DNA of 64,000 nt. It comes from a virus. Location of the stretch: IMG/VR virus record IMGVR_UViG_3300030616_000016, positions 70,561 through 134,560 of that record; one strand, written 5' to 3'. Position numbers and translations under genes: made by a program. Below the pieces are notes generated by a model that did no database searches, was not told the origin of the DNA, and saw only the letters and a list, made by a program, of their open reading frames with translations. Shown here piece by piece: positions 1-9,511 of the stretch (position 1 is its first letter; the number at the start of each line of letters is the position of its first letter).

Positions 1-576
1 CTTTGTTCTACCTTTAACAAGGAAGAAGATGTCATTGGGCTTATCAAAACCTATAGATCAAACGATAGCTCGCGTGAAACTAATGTTGTCAGAACGGTGT
101 TATCTGAATGGAAGAAGAGCCTAAACATTCCAGATGCTTGTAGTTTCTGTGGAGTTCATTCTATTCTCTCCGAGTCCCAGATGGTAGCGTTGCTAGACAC
201 TATTGATTTATATGTGTGTACTTCTCGGGGAGAAGGAATGTCAGGCCCATTAATTCATGCTATGGCAATGGGAAAGCCTGTTATTTCTTCTGACTTTAGT
301 GCTATGAGTGACTTTATTTATGGCGATACATCTTTAAAGGTTGTTCGATACTGTCTAGAACCTGTTCATTCTATGTCACACATACCTTGGTATGGTCATA
401 GACAAGACTGGGCTAGACTAAACGTTTCTGATATTAGGGAAGGAATGCGTGAAGGATATGAATTATGGAGAGATGACAGAGATAGATTTGAAGAGATTGG
501 ACAGCGTGGAAGGGATTTTGTCAGAAAGATCTACTCTGACGAAGCAGTCCAGAAACGAATTAAGGAACTTATCTGA
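1..576 (+). CDS. Glycosyltransferase (GT-B, group-1-like), C-terminal part; 5' end outside window
   Basis: Frame is open from base 1 to the stop at 574-576. LYVCTSRGEGMSGPLIHAMAMGKPVISSDF resembles the conserved GT1 donor-binding region. Confidence 0.65.
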   Translation, partial: LCSTFNKEEDVIGLIKTYRSNDSSRETNVVRTVLSEWKKSLNIPDACSFCGVHSILSESQMVALLDTIDLYVCTSRGEGMSGPLIHAMAMGKPVISSDFSAMSDFIYGDTSLKVVRYCLEPVHSMSHIPWYGHRQDWARLNVSDIREGMREGYELWRDDRDRFEEIGQRGRDFVRKIYSDEAVQKRIKELI

Positions 577-712
577 TTGCAATATATTAAAGTCAAGTCT
601 TCCTAATAAACAAATTGCATATCTCTTATTAAATGGCTATAAGCCTAAAGAGATATGCAATATGTTACGCATTTCTATAAGATCGTTTTATCGTAGACTT
701 AAACAAAACTAA
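449..712 (+). CDS. Small helix-turn-helix protein (sigma-70 region-4 / LuxR-like); start uncertain
   Basis: C-terminal LPNKQIAYLLLNGYKPKEICNMLRISIRSFYRRLKQ fits an HTH pattern. The only start codons lie inside the upstream glycosyltransferase gene. Confidence 0.3.
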   Translation: MKDMNYGEMTEIDLKRLDSVEGILSERSTLTKQSRNELRNLSDCNILKSSLPNKQIAYLLLNGYKPKEICNMLRISIRSFYRRLKQN

Positions 713-719
713 ATACTTA

Positions 720-746
720 TTTTTACTAAACAGGGTTTAGTAAAAA
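720..746. terminator. Perfect hairpin between convergent genes
   Basis: tttttactaaac-agg-gtttagtaaaaa: 12-bp stem, 3-nt loop, T/A runs in the arms. Lies between the plus-strand stop at 712 and the minus-strand stop at 878. Confidence 0.4.
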
Positions 747-877
747 TGGTTTTAACCCATGCTATTGGGCTTGTCCATATTCCCATCAGGCAATGTGTAC
801 ACTGCCCTATTCTGTATAAACTATCACCAGAAATTTACTATTTAGTTATTTTTAGTTTAGTCTTATAGAAATACTCT

Positions 878-2026
878 TTAGAACGAGTCAGCGCTTTCCT
901 TTTCTCTAACTGCTCTTTTTATTTGACTACTTAGTCTTGCGTGTGATTGCTTTTCTTTTGCTATGTCTTCTAATATTTCTATATCTTTACTGCTTAACAA
1001 CTTTCTTACTCTGATAATATCAAGGTGAGCAGCATATGATAGAGTTGCAAACAATGTTTCCAACTCCTTTTTATCACATTCATAATTCATGACTTTATGG
1101 ATCCACCCTTTATATTGCTTATATTTTTTGGATCCTATTCCACTAATTCTTCTTGCCATTGTTCTACGACTTATGTCAACTCCAAATACAACACCCAATG
1201 CACTTATTCTATTTATACCGCTTAACATAACTTTTGACTTATGTTTATTAAATCTCATTCCTTCTACTGCTACGGCCTTATTTGCGCACTTGAAAATATC
1301 ATTTATCCATTCTTTCCAGAATCTTTTAGATATGTAAGGCATAGAGCTACTTAGTTGTATGTCGTCAGCATATCTTGAATATCTGATCCTTCCATATGGC
1401 CAACCCATGCTTGACATTGTTATATCAAACTTTCTCATACATAGATTTGATATTACAGGACTTGATGGAGCACCTTGTGGTAATCCATTTGTCATTGAAA
1501 CAAGAGGTATTAATGGTATCTTATATTTTCTGCAGCATGTATCTACAGTATGTAATGATATAAGCATCTTTCTAATATGTTTTGCTTTAATAGATGGAAA
1601 GAAGTTCTTAATATCCATACTAATCATTATTCTAGCTCCATCATGTATCGACTGTAATTTGTTAATTGCAGTTTGGAAGCGTCTAGAACGTCTTAGTATT
1701 CTTCTAAAAGATTCTTGTGTTGTAAACAGCGGTTTTGGACTATATGCTAAGCTATGTCCATTTCTGTCATACTTTTGCAATAGCCATGAGACATATCTTT
1801 GTGCCGTTTTTAAGTCTTCGTCTGGCTCATGTAAATGCCTGATGCCACCTGATCTTTTTCTTATCATGTGGTGTGTATATCTTGAGTCTCTATCGTTTGA
1901 GTTTTGTTGTAAGTCTTCAAACAATTGCTGAATTGTAATACCAGATGGCAAGACTAGACTTAGAAAATTGTCAGGAGTTATATCATGAAGTCTCAGTTTC
2001 TTCTTTATCTGATTCTGTTCCATCAT
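878..2026 (-). CDS. Reverse transcriptase, retron/Abi-type (bacterial group-II-related RT)
   Basis: SGGIRHLHEPDEDLKTAQ; MDIKNFFPSI; GLPQGAPSSPVISNL; YSRYADDIQL (YADD catalytic box). The NFFPSI and LPQGAPxSPxxSN pattern is typical of retron-like RTs. The DGR-type I/LGxxxSQ motif is absent. Confidence 0.8.
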   Translation of the reverse strand: MMEQNQIKKKLRLHDITPDNFLSLVLPSGITIQQLFEDLQQNSNDRDSRYTHHMIRKRSGGIRHLHEPDEDLKTAQRYVSWLLQKYDRNGHSLAYSPKPLFTTQESFRRILRRSRRFQTAINKLQSIHDGARIMISMDIKNFFPSIKAKHIRKMLISLHTVDTCCRKYKIPLIPLVSMTNGLPQGAPSSPVISNLCMRKFDITMSSMGWPYGRIRYSRYADDIQLSSSMPYISKRFWKEWINDIFKCANKAVAVEGMRFNKHKSKVMLSGINRISALGVVFGVDISRRTMARRISGIGSKKYKQYKGWIHKVMNYECDKKELETLFATLSYAAHLDIIRVRKLLSSKDIEILEDIAKEKQSHARLSSQIKRAVREKESADSF

Positions 2027-3107
2027 CTCCGCCTTCCGATTCCGTATTGTCAGATATTAATTTGGTTATATCATTGTTTGCTGCAAATTCATATAGTGCT
2101 ATTATTCCTTGCACGCTTTCTTCGCCTATGTAGTAGTATCCACCACGCTTGGTGATTTTACCATCTACAATCATTTGATCTACTAAAAATCTTTCTTCAC
2201 TAAACCCATGATTAAAGATGAATGGATATTTTACTTCGGCTCCCTCCGGCATAGTACCAGACTGTCTAGTCTTATTGATTTTCATGTAATGCATGAAGCC
2301 AATAATTTTCTCTTTCTTCTTTCCATCTTCTTCTACAATGGCAGCTGGAGCTTCGCTTTTGCTACCTCTACGAGTCATCAGCCTTACGTGTGTAAAATGC
2401 TTAACCGCATTTCCTCCCTTAACGAGAGTTAGGTCACCATATCCACCAATATTGGTGTATATTTGACCAATCATTATGATTGTTGTGTTTGTCTTTGCTG
2501 CAGGACCACAAGCAAGTCTTAGGAACTGGCTCATTTTTCTTTGAAGAACACCGATGGTATCATCGTTTAGGCTACGGTTAGTACCGGTTTTACTTTCGAG
2601 TTCTGCGCGTGGAAGCAGACCGCCAATTGAATCAATAACTACGATGTCTACTAAATTCTCTCTCATAATGTCGAGACATTTATCTAGCATGTTCTCCATC
2701 GTATCTTTCTCAATTATAAAGAGCTCATCTGTATTGACTCCTTGTACTTTTAACCACTCTTTATCCAATGCTTCTTCTGCATCAACCCAGCATGCAATAC
2801 CATGGTTTTTCTGAACTTCTGCTACACATCTTGCACATGCAGTGCCTTTAGCTGTCTGTTCTGGTCCGGCGATTGTAACAATTTTACCTCTAGGAAAACC
2901 TCCGCCTAAATAGTCATCCCAGCCTTTAATGCCGGTTGATATTCTACCGTAATCCTCTAGTCCAAAATGTACAATTTGATTTTCATCATCGATGTCTTTG
3001 TTAATAGAAGTCGCTACTCTTTTTAGACGAGCCATCTTCTCTGCTTTTATATCTTGTGGAGATACAATCTTTTCTTCACTAGTATCTTTGCTTTTTCTCT
3101 TAGCCAT
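1983..3107 (-). CDS. recA: RecA-family recombinase
   Basis: Collinear with RecA: GGGFPRGKIVTIAGPEQTAKGT..., CWVDAEEALD, VVIDSIGGLLPRAELE, GGNAVKHFTHVRL. The 3' end overlaps the RT start by 44 nt. Confidence 0.85.
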   Translation of the reverse strand: MAKRKSKDTSEEKIVSPQDIKAEKMARLKRVATSINKDIDDENQIVHFGLEDYGRISTGIKGWDDYLGGGFPRGKIVTIAGPEQTAKGTACARCVAEVQKNHGIACWVDAEEALDKEWLKVQGVNTDELFIIEKDTMENMLDKCLDIMRENLVDIVVIDSIGGLLPRAELESKTGTNRSLNDDTIGVLQRKMSQFLRLACGPAAKTNTTIIMIGQIYTNIGGYGDLTLVKGGNAVKHFTHVRLMTRRGSKSEAPAAIVEEDGKKKEKIIGFMHYMKINKTRQSGTMPEGAEVKYPFIFNHGFSEERFLVDQMIVDGKITKRGGYYYIGEESVQGIIALYEFAANNDITKLISDNTESEGGDDGTESDKEETETS

Positions 3108-3110
3108 GTG

Positions 3111-3287
3111 TTATTCTTCCAAACAAGTTTTACAGATTAAATTCCCAACGTCATCATGACTGCTACAATCTAAACAGATTGTTTTGCCACATGAACTACA
3201 TGATCCTAGATATGTGTCGGCCATAGTTTCCATAAACATTTGGTCGCATATTTCACAGTAGTTATCATTATCGTTGTTGTCACTCAT
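3111..3287 (-). CDS. Small zinc-ribbon protein (58 aa), not in ORF track
   Basis: Hand translation: MSDNNDNDNYCEICDQMF...GSCSSCGKTICLDCSSHDDVGNLICKTCLEE. The ATG overlaps the stop of the upstream gene (ATGAGTGA). Confidence 0.4.
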   Translation of the reverse strand: MSDNNDNDNYCEICDQMFMETMADTYLGSCSSCGKTICLDCSSHDDVGNLICKTCLEE

Positions 3288-3651
3288 TATCTATGCCCTG
3301 CATTAAATATAGTAAATGATCTAGCTTCAAAGTAACAAGAGTGGTTTCATTACTAGGCTTAGCACTTCCTGAAGTACATAAGATAGGAAATCTACCAGTA
3401 TTTCTTGCTTCGCCTATCAATTTCTTCCAATCTGATTTTGATGGCATAAATATTCCATCTTTATTTGTTCTTTGTTTAGCTTCGATCTGTAATAATCGGT
3501 TTTGTATATCGCTATCAGATGCAAATACATTTCCAGAGCCTGCTGTTTCTCTTAAAGATATACCATATTGCTGTGCTCTTTCAACAATGTATCGTTGCAT
3601 TAATGCAGCGTTTTTATTCCTTCCGCCAACTCTTGACATAGGAATCTCCAT
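3280..3651 (-). CDS. PD-(D/E)XK nuclease, Holliday-junction-resolvase-like (Hjc-type pattern)
   Basis: ETAGSGNVFASDSDIQ...LLQIEAKQR gives a GSG...D...E-x-K arrangement like archaeal-type resolvases. Sits beside recA. Confidence 0.5.
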   Translation of the reverse strand: MEIPMSRVGGRNKNAALMQRYIVERAQQYGISLRETAGSGNVFASDSDIQNRLLQIEAKQRTNKDGIFMPSKSDWKKLIGEARNTGRFPILCTSGSAKPSNETTLVTLKLDHLLYLMQGIDNE

Positions 3652-3752
3652 GCTTATTGCCTTTAAGTTTCTTATAGCCTGTCCATACTAATTCCCAACA
3701 GGCTATCTTAACTACCGTAGTGTATAATCTCCAGAGAATATATCCACAATGC

Positions 3753-4139
3753 CTATTCATGGCCCATATCCTCCTCAGGATTATACAAATAGGTTTTTCT
3801 GCCTATCATAAATCCTAATATACACATCTTTGTCATGCATAAATAGATATTCTTATCAAATTCTTCATCAGTATCACTATTTTCTAATATCCATTCTAGA
3901 TGGTCTTCACATACATTATCTATGAAATGCATGAGTGATCCTTCACATTCTTCTAACCAATCTTGTATCTCATTGCTCGTCTCTCTTTCTTCGAGCAATC
4001 TGTGACATTCGGAGATTATTTCTTTGGATACCATGTTGTAATCATCAAGTGTTATTTTCTTCATTGGTTTTTGGTCTCCATGTATATTTTGCATGCCAGG
4101 TTTTCTTTGCTTCAGTTGCATTGTCGTTTGTATTATCAT
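3753..4139 (-). CDS. Hypothetical protein (start uncertain)
   Basis: Co-directional ORF with no recognisable motif. Overlaps the neighbouring ORF, so a later ATG is likely. Confidence 0.4.
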   Translation of the reverse strand: MIIQTTMQLKQRKPGMQNIHGDQKPMKKITLDDYNMVSKEIISECHRLLEERETSNEIQDWLEECEGSLMHFIDNVCEDHLEWILENSDTDEEFDKNIYLCMTKMCILGFMIGRKTYLYNPEEDMGHE

Positions 4140-4584
4140 CCTGCTTTGTTTCCTGGCTCTCGTTGGCTTCGTTCTCTGGTTTAGGATCTTCTTTCTTTTC
4201 TTCTTTGATGCGATTGTGTTGATCTAAAATATCTACATTACATGTTTTGATAAATTCATTAAAGTCTGTTTCACTTAAACAGTAATCATTAACATGAATG
4301 TGATAATGTAGATGTTCAGAATCCATCTCAGAAGAAGTTACCAGTTTACCAACAATATACAATGTAGAATCCAAATCTACAGCCTTATCTATCTCCTCTT
4401 CTTCAGGATATTCGAAGTGTAGTTCGTATATATTACTATCATTTGGAGATATACTAGTACCTCTTGCTTTATATACTTTTGTAGATAGAGCTCCTTTCTT
4501 GTCATTGTCTACGGCATCGCTCATTAAATCAATCTTGATCGCCTTCAGAACTGTCATTCCTTGATTGAACCTCTGTATTATCAT
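4045..4584 (-). CDS. Hypothetical acidic protein (start probably 4524)
   Basis: Co-directional ORF with an acidic, Lys/Glu-rich C-terminus. Confidence 0.45.
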   Translation of the reverse strand: MIIQRFNQGMTVLKAIKIDLMSDAVDNDKKGALSTKVYKARGTSISPNDSNIYELHFEYPEEEEIDKAVDLDSTLYIVGKLVTSSEMDSEHLHYHIHVNDYCLSETDFNEFIKTCNVDILDQHNRIKEEKKEDPKPENEANESQETKQDDNTNDNATEAKKTWHAKYTWRPKTNEENNT

Positions 4585-5764
4585 TATTTGCTCCTACAAA
4601 AAATCCTTCTCTCGTGTTCGATGAGTCTGATTGCTCACCGTGTTGTTCTTCTACTTTCCATAGTACTATGTTATTCTCTTCATGCTTAAGTATTTTAAGC
4701 TTGATGGTATTTGTTGCACAGCATTTAATCTGTTCTGCAAACTGTTTGATCGGCAGTAATATAGAGAAATCTTCTTCTGTTTCAGTTGTACAATTTAAGA
4801 TAATATTTGTACTGCCTTCCTCGCCATTAATATTTATTCTTATCCTTTTAACATTGTCATCGCTACCTTCTTCACCTGGAATAACAATAAAGTTAGCTAA
4901 TATTAGGCTTGGATCTTTTAGTATAAACCCTGTGAGATTAATACATTCTTCTCTATTAATAATGAAGGACGCCATTTCTATAGACTGTTCTTCTATTAAA
5001 GAAACACTATTCCATTCCGGTACAGCTTGATCAATATTGCGTTTCATACACTCAATGTTAATATACCATCTAGTGTCTGCATCAAAATGCGTGAGTCTTA
5101 TAAAGTTTAAATTATCAAATACAATAAAATTAAAGCTTGGTGAATGATTTATAATACTGCTCACGTTTGATAATACATCTCTTGTAAGTATAGATGGATT
5201 GTTTATGTCACTTAGGTCTTGTGATCTAATAATACTACTTTGAATTCTATCAATACAATACATTTTTGAGTTATCAATTGTAATTATATCGCCTAGCTGG
5301 TTAAATTCAAGCTTTGTTTTTGCCATAGCTTTAATATATTGTGGTGAAAATATTATTTTCGGTAATCCAATAGCATTAGGTGTAGCACTAAATTCATCTA
5401 TTCCGTTAGTTCCTTCTTCACATAATCTAAAGTCTCTGTTGATGTTGCCGCCGTTAATACTAATAAATCTATTATCATAGCTTATATGTATGACATCATC
5501 ACATGCAGAAATAAAATCAAGTAGCTTTTTGCAGTCATATTTAGTAATGACATTAGACTCAAGCTGTTCTTCTAGAGCATTAGCTGCCATAAATTTACCT
5601 GCTTGAGATCTTAGGCACATCATAAAGATTGAGTGACTTGTAACAAAATTGTTATCGTCATTCCAGAATCCAAAATATATGTCTGATGATTGAGCTATTT
5701 TAGTGGCATTTTGAAGTAGCTCAATCAAACGTGATTTATTAATTTGCATCTCTTCTCCCATCAA
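4529..5764 (-). CDS. Hypothetical protein, weak DnaN/sliding-clamp-like pattern
   Basis: 411-aa ORF with three roughly equal segments and clamp-like strings (ISINGGNINRDFRL; IRININGEEGSTNIILN). Pattern-level impression only. Confidence 0.5.
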   Translation of the reverse strand: MMGEEMQINKSRLIELLQNATKIAQSSDIYFGFWNDDNNFVTSHSIFMMCLRSQAGKFMAANALEEQLESNVITKYDCKKLLDFISACDDVIHISYDNRFISINGGNINRDFRLCEEGTNGIDEFSATPNAIGLPKIIFSPQYIKAMAKTKLEFNQLGDIITIDNSKMYCIDRIQSSIIRSQDLSDINNPSILTRDVLSNVSSIINHSPSFNFIVFDNLNFIRLTHFDADTRWYINIECMKRNIDQAVPEWNSVSLIEEQSIEMASFIINREECINLTGFILKDPSLILANFIVIPGEEGSDDNVKRIRININGEEGSTNIILNCTTETEEDFSILLPIKQFAEQIKCCATNTIKLKILKHEENNIVLWKVEEQHGEQSDSSNTREGFFVGANNDNTEVQSRNDSSEGDQD

Positions 5765-6218
5765 TAGTTGCTCTTTTTAATGCTTCGTCTAGTTTATTAA
5801 CTAGCTGACCAGCGCTATACGAAATTCTATTAATCTTATTATATCCTGCTATTGCTTCGACATGTGCAATATACATATCTTTAGTATTCACACGTGCTTG
5901 TCTTAATGCTTCATCTCCTGTATAGTTCTTGTTAGTTGCTTCATTCTTTGTGCCTCTTAATTCGTTATATTCCTCATCTCTAGCAATTTCTCGCTCATAG
6001 TCTGCTTGTTTCTCAGCGCCTATTAATTCTCCAACCATTGGCGAGATGCTTACTAGCAATGCAGATAGGTGTAGAAGGTCATTTTGCATATCATAGTAGT
6101 TATCCCAAGTGTTTGGTTCTCCGCCAAACTCTTCTGGTGCATACTTTTGGGAGATTCTCATAATCTCCCTTATTTCCAGCTCGATGCTTCTTCTACCTTC
6201 TTCTGTTACTTCAATCAT
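5739..6218 (-). CDS. Hypothetical protein
   Basis: Co-directional 159-aa ORF with no motif recognised. Confidence 0.5.
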   Translation of the reverse strand: MIEVTEEGRRSIELEIREIMRISQKYAPEEFGGEPNTWDNYYDMQNDLLHLSALLVSISPMVGELIGAEKQADYEREIARDEEYNELRGTKNEATNKNYTGDEALRQARVNTKDMYIAHVEAIAGYNKINRISYSAGQLVNKLDEALKRATIDGRRDAN

Positions 6219-6231
6219 AATTTACACCGCC

Positions 6232-6777
6232 TTAGACTGTTGTGAAATAGAACCTATGTGACATAAGCTCGCAATCTCCGCCACAATACGGGCAGGCAAT
6301 AGTTAATGCAACCATATCTTGTTCACTATCTGATTCAACATCATCGTGAATCAGATCACAATCTTCACATATATATAATTCATTCTTGTCAGATGCATAC
6401 ATGGTAACGATGTCGCTTAAGAAATCAGATATGAATAGTTCTAGAGACACTTTATTTTCTAGAAGACCTAAAGCATAGTCTTCTGCATCTATGGGAGATA
6501 ATGTACTTGCTTTCACAAACTTAGTCATTTTGTCTATGTCTGACTTCCCATCATTTATAATATATATAAGAGCATTGTCTTTATCAATGTGTAGCATGCT
6601 CATTCCATGTTCAGCATTTGTCGACTTTGATTCACTTATTAAGTCTTCCCACATATAGGCTAGTGCAGCTGGATGTATCATCAATTCTTTAGCTATATTT
6701 ATCAATGAAGCTTTGAATTGATCTTTCATCACATCCGAATTGACTAACGCTTTTGGTAAAATGTCTGTGTCTTTCAT
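6232..6777 (-). CDS. Hypothetical protein with C-terminal CxxC...CPYCGG zinc-binding motif (start uncertain)
   Basis: CEDCDLIH...ACPYCGGDCE at the C-terminus. The 5' part overlaps ORF 6689-7069. Confidence 0.45.
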   Translation of the reverse strand: MKDTDILPKALVNSDVMKDQFKASLINIAKELMIHPAALAYMWEDLISESKSTNAEHGMSMLHIDKDNALIYIINDGKSDIDKMTKFVKASTLSPIDAEDYALGLLENKVSLELFISDFLSDIVTMYASDKNELYICEDCDLIHDDVESDSEQDMVALTIACPYCGGDCELMSHRFYFTTV

Positions 6778-7069
6778 TTTTATGTATCCATCTGTAGAAG
6801 GTTCTATCGTTAGTCCATATAAACATTAGTTTGTGTGTATATGGTATTCTTTCTTTATAAAGATCACGAAGTATCTGTCTTAGCTCTCCTGATTCCTTAC
6901 CAGTATTATGTATTATAAGAAGTTCTGTTCTTGTATACAAAGTCTTCGCATAGAATATTTGAAGCCAATCTTTGTTTAAAATAGTATGCCATGTAGACTT
7001 AGCATTCTCAATTAGTTGCTCATCATAGTTGAATAGACTAAGAGATAACAACATTTTCTGGTATAACAT
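6689..7069 (-). CDS. Hypothetical protein
   Basis: Co-directional 126-aa ORF. Confidence 0.4.
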   Translation of the reverse strand: MLYQKMLLSLSLFNYDEQLIENAKSTWHTILNKDWLQIFYAKTLYTRTELLIIHNTGKESGELRQILRDLYKERIPYTHKLMFIWTNDRTFYRWIHKNERHRHFTKSVSQFGCDERSIQSFIDKYS

Positions 7070-7475
7070 GATCAGGTACCAATGTTACTGTTTCATAATC
7101 ACTCTCTATATACCCATAGATAATAGATTTAGTATTCATATCAATTGGCATATCTTGGTTGACTTCACATTTAACATCATGTATTTTGCCTTCTTGTATG
7201 ACACCACAAGTTGAAAACATATTGATGAAGCAACGCTTGATTGTTGTTGAAATACGATCAACAATAATGTTATTCTTAAATACTTTTGCATCACAACAAA
7301 CAAAAGTATTTTTAGCAACGTTATCAATAGATGACTTTATTATAACGGGCACGATTGAAACATGGTCTTTACCATCTTTTACATACTCTTGATATATATT
7401 AAGAAACGTATGTTCCTTGTATATACATTTAGTTATAATATAGCCACCTATGATAGCGCTGATATTTTCACTCAC
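7038..7475 (-). CDS. Hypothetical protein
   Basis: Co-directional 145-aa ORF. Confidence 0.45.
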   Translation of the reverse strand: MSENISAIIGGYIITKCIYKEHTFLNIYQEYVKDGKDHVSIVPVIIKSSIDNVAKNTFVCCDAKVFKNNIIVDRISTTIKRCFINMFSTCGVIQEGKIHDVKCEVNQDMPIDMNTKSIIYGYIESDYETVTLVPDHVIPENVVIS

Positions 7476-7477
7476 AC

Positions 7478-8476
7478 TTATTCTCCTTGATTGTCTTGTG
7501 CACTTACACGAAACTCAATGTTCTCTGATGCATCCCTAATAGCATTGATCATCTTATTGATGCCTTTGTCCGTGGCTTCCAATACATTATCATCAGCTTC
7601 TGGACAAAGCTTCGTGATTTTGTAGTCACAGAAGTGAGGAGTAAGTACACATGTACGAGAAGGGCTATCGCTATTTAGTATATTTGTTAGAGCTTCGCTA
7701 TCAACTGATGAAGTGTTAAGACCAGTAAAGAAATCATTGTTAAATTTAAGGAAGGCAACAACAGTAAAATTATTTCTTCCACTAGTTTTTCTGCTGATTT
7801 GCTCGCTCTTATATACTTCTGTCAAGATTCTAAATCCCTTGTAATAGCGGACATAGCCTTTATAGAAGTCTTCTGCAGTGATATATGCAAGCACAACGGT
7901 TCTTGGATCAGGATCATTTTTGGAGAAAGACTCACTGATCTCAAGCTCTTTAGTATTAGCACGAACCATGTCTATATATTCTTTTAATTTCTGACGCTTA
8001 AGCCTAGCAATTCTACGCTGTTCAATAATGTTAGAGATACTTCCAATGGCTTCATCAAGTACTCTAACGTTACGAATCGCAGACATAAGATCATATAGAG
8101 AGTTCTTATATATAACCGCAAAGCTCTCCAGTCTTTCAAGAGCAGCTTTAGCAACTGCTTCAGCATAACTTTGGTCGTCTATCATATTATCCATGATAGA
8201 ATCGACCTCTTTTTTTACTAGCTCCTCAGAACTGTGACAATATTCTGGTATAGTCTCTGAAATAGAATAGCCTATTGCATTTGCTAGTTCTGATGGTGTC
8301 ATATTGATTATTCTGCTGATGTTTCTTAATGTATCTCCATTAGCAACTAACCTTGGCAAAGGATTGTTGAAGTTAGGTGTATAGGAGCCTTTAACAATAA
8401 CATCAGGGATCATGATACTTAAATTTTCTGTAAGAAAATTGCGTATCTTCTCTCTTTCTGTTTTAGGTGTAGACAT
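7478..8476 (-). CDS. Hypothetical protein with HTH-like segment
   Basis: DTLRNISRIINMTPSELANAIGYS resembles an XRE-type HTH. Lies immediately downstream of the JAB gene. Confidence 0.5.
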   Translation of the reverse strand: MSTPKTEREKIRNFLTENLSIMIPDVIVKGSYTPNFNNPLPRLVANGDTLRNISRIINMTPSELANAIGYSISETIPEYCHSSEELVKKEVDSIMDNMIDDQSYAEAVAKAALERLESFAVIYKNSLYDLMSAIRNVRVLDEAIGSISNIIEQRRIARLKRQKLKEYIDMVRANTKELEISESFSKNDPDPRTVVLAYITAEDFYKGYVRYYKGFRILTEVYKSEQISRKTSGRNNFTVVAFLKFNNDFFTGLNTSSVDSEALTNILNSDSPSRTCVLTPHFCDYKITKLCPEADDNVLEATDKGINKMINAIRDASENIEFRVSAQDNQGE

Positions 8477-8492
8477 TAATTAACTCCGCTTT

Positions 8493-9485
8493 CTAGACTT
8501 TGTTGAAGTCTTTAATTACATGACTATGACATCTAGGACATTCCAGATTATTTTCATCATTAATTACAAACACATTATTACATGCAGGACATGTTATTCC
8601 TTCCTCTTCATCTGCATCTATAATAAGAGGATCAGTAATATGGTTATCAATTGGATCATCGATAGGATCGCCATATCCAGCCCAATTACGAATGTTTTGA
8701 GAAGTTCTGTGATGTCTGTTACCAAACCTAGGATTGTAATAGCTACCACCTATTGGAAACATAGTTGATTTTCCTTCAACTACTTCATCTTTGTCTTCAT
8801 CATATGAATGTGTAGTCATAGATTTTACAAGCTCATTTATCTCTTCTCTACATTTCTTATATGTTTCTGTGTAATCTGCAGTTACAACATTGAGATCAAT
8901 ATTGTCAATGACAAGCTTGGGGTTTTTCTGAACATATTTGACTAAGATGTTACCAGATTTATTTCCTACAAGCATTACTGCCCATCCATGTTGCTGAAGC
9001 ATCTCATCTGCAGCATCTACATCCTGTCCACTCCAGAATGTAGGCATGTTTACATGAGAATGCCAATGGAAATTCATGCGGCTGTATATTGATTTGCCAA
9101 TGTCTTGTTTAATAGTCAGCATATCTTCTTCTGATATATCATCAACAGATATATCTTTAAACTCCTCAGAGTCTTCAATATATTTGTTGATGTAGTTATC
9201 GATAATATCATGCTCTCCCTTAATGAGAGGAAGCTCAATTCTCTTACATCTGTCTTTATTACACAAACGAAAGTAGCCTGAGCTTGCTACTTGTTTAACG
9301 ATGAATACATTATCAATGATAAGATTACCATTCTTGTCTTGGATGATGGTACCAAGTCCACCACATTCGGTTGAACAAGCATTGATCCATCCTCTGATCT
9401 TTTCTCTTAGGATTGCTGGCATGTATATATTGATGCTTTCTTTAGTTTCTAAAGCATCTTTCTCGGATTCGTTCTTGATTTGCAT
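8493..9485 (-). CDS. JAB/MPN (JAMM) metallopeptidase with C-terminal zinc ribbon
   Basis: Exact JAMM signature HSHVNMPTFWSGQD (H-x-H-x7-S-x2-D) preceded by the conserved Glu in STECGGLG. C-terminal CPACN...CPRCH. RBS AAAGGAAAG lies before the ATG. Confidence 0.8.
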   Translation of the reverse strand: MQIKNESEKDALETKESINIYMPAILREKIRGWINACSTECGGLGTIIQDKNGNLIIDNVFIVKQVASSGYFRLCNKDRCKRIELPLIKGEHDIIDNYINKYIEDSEEFKDISVDDISEEDMLTIKQDIGKSIYSRMNFHWHSHVNMPTFWSGQDVDAADEMLQQHGWAVMLVGNKSGNILVKYVQKNPKLVIDNIDLNVVTADYTETYKKCREEINELVKSMTTHSYDEDKDEVVEGKSTMFPIGGSYYNPRFGNRHHRTSQNIRNWAGYGDPIDDPIDNHITDPLIIDADEEEGITCPACNNVFVINDENNLECPRCHSHVIKDFNKV

Positions 9486-9511
9486 ATCTTTCCTTTCTAT
9501 GCAAGGAGTTA

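Noticed and set aside
1089-1931. Plus-strand ORFs antisense to the RT. The same pattern recurs throughout the window, for example at 2208-2814, 4614-5030, 25820-26368, 35843-36271 and 53894-54253.
   Set aside because: They are shadow ORFs opposite well-supported minus-strand genes. Their products are low-complexity and Ser/Leu/Phe/Ile-rich, and they have no RBS.
878-2026. The RT as a diversity-generating retroelement acting on the zinc-ribbon paralogue family.
   Set aside because: The RT has QGAPSSP rather than the DGR-type I/LGxxxSQ motif. I found no template/variable repeat pair near the RT, and no adenine-specific mismatched repeat matching the paralogues.
878-2026. The RT as a group-II intron maturase.
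   Set aside because: There is no recognisable maturase (X) or endonuclease domain. The ORF overlaps recA coding sequence instead of sitting within intron domain IV. No flanking intron-like structure was noticed. This cannot be fully excluded without covariance models.
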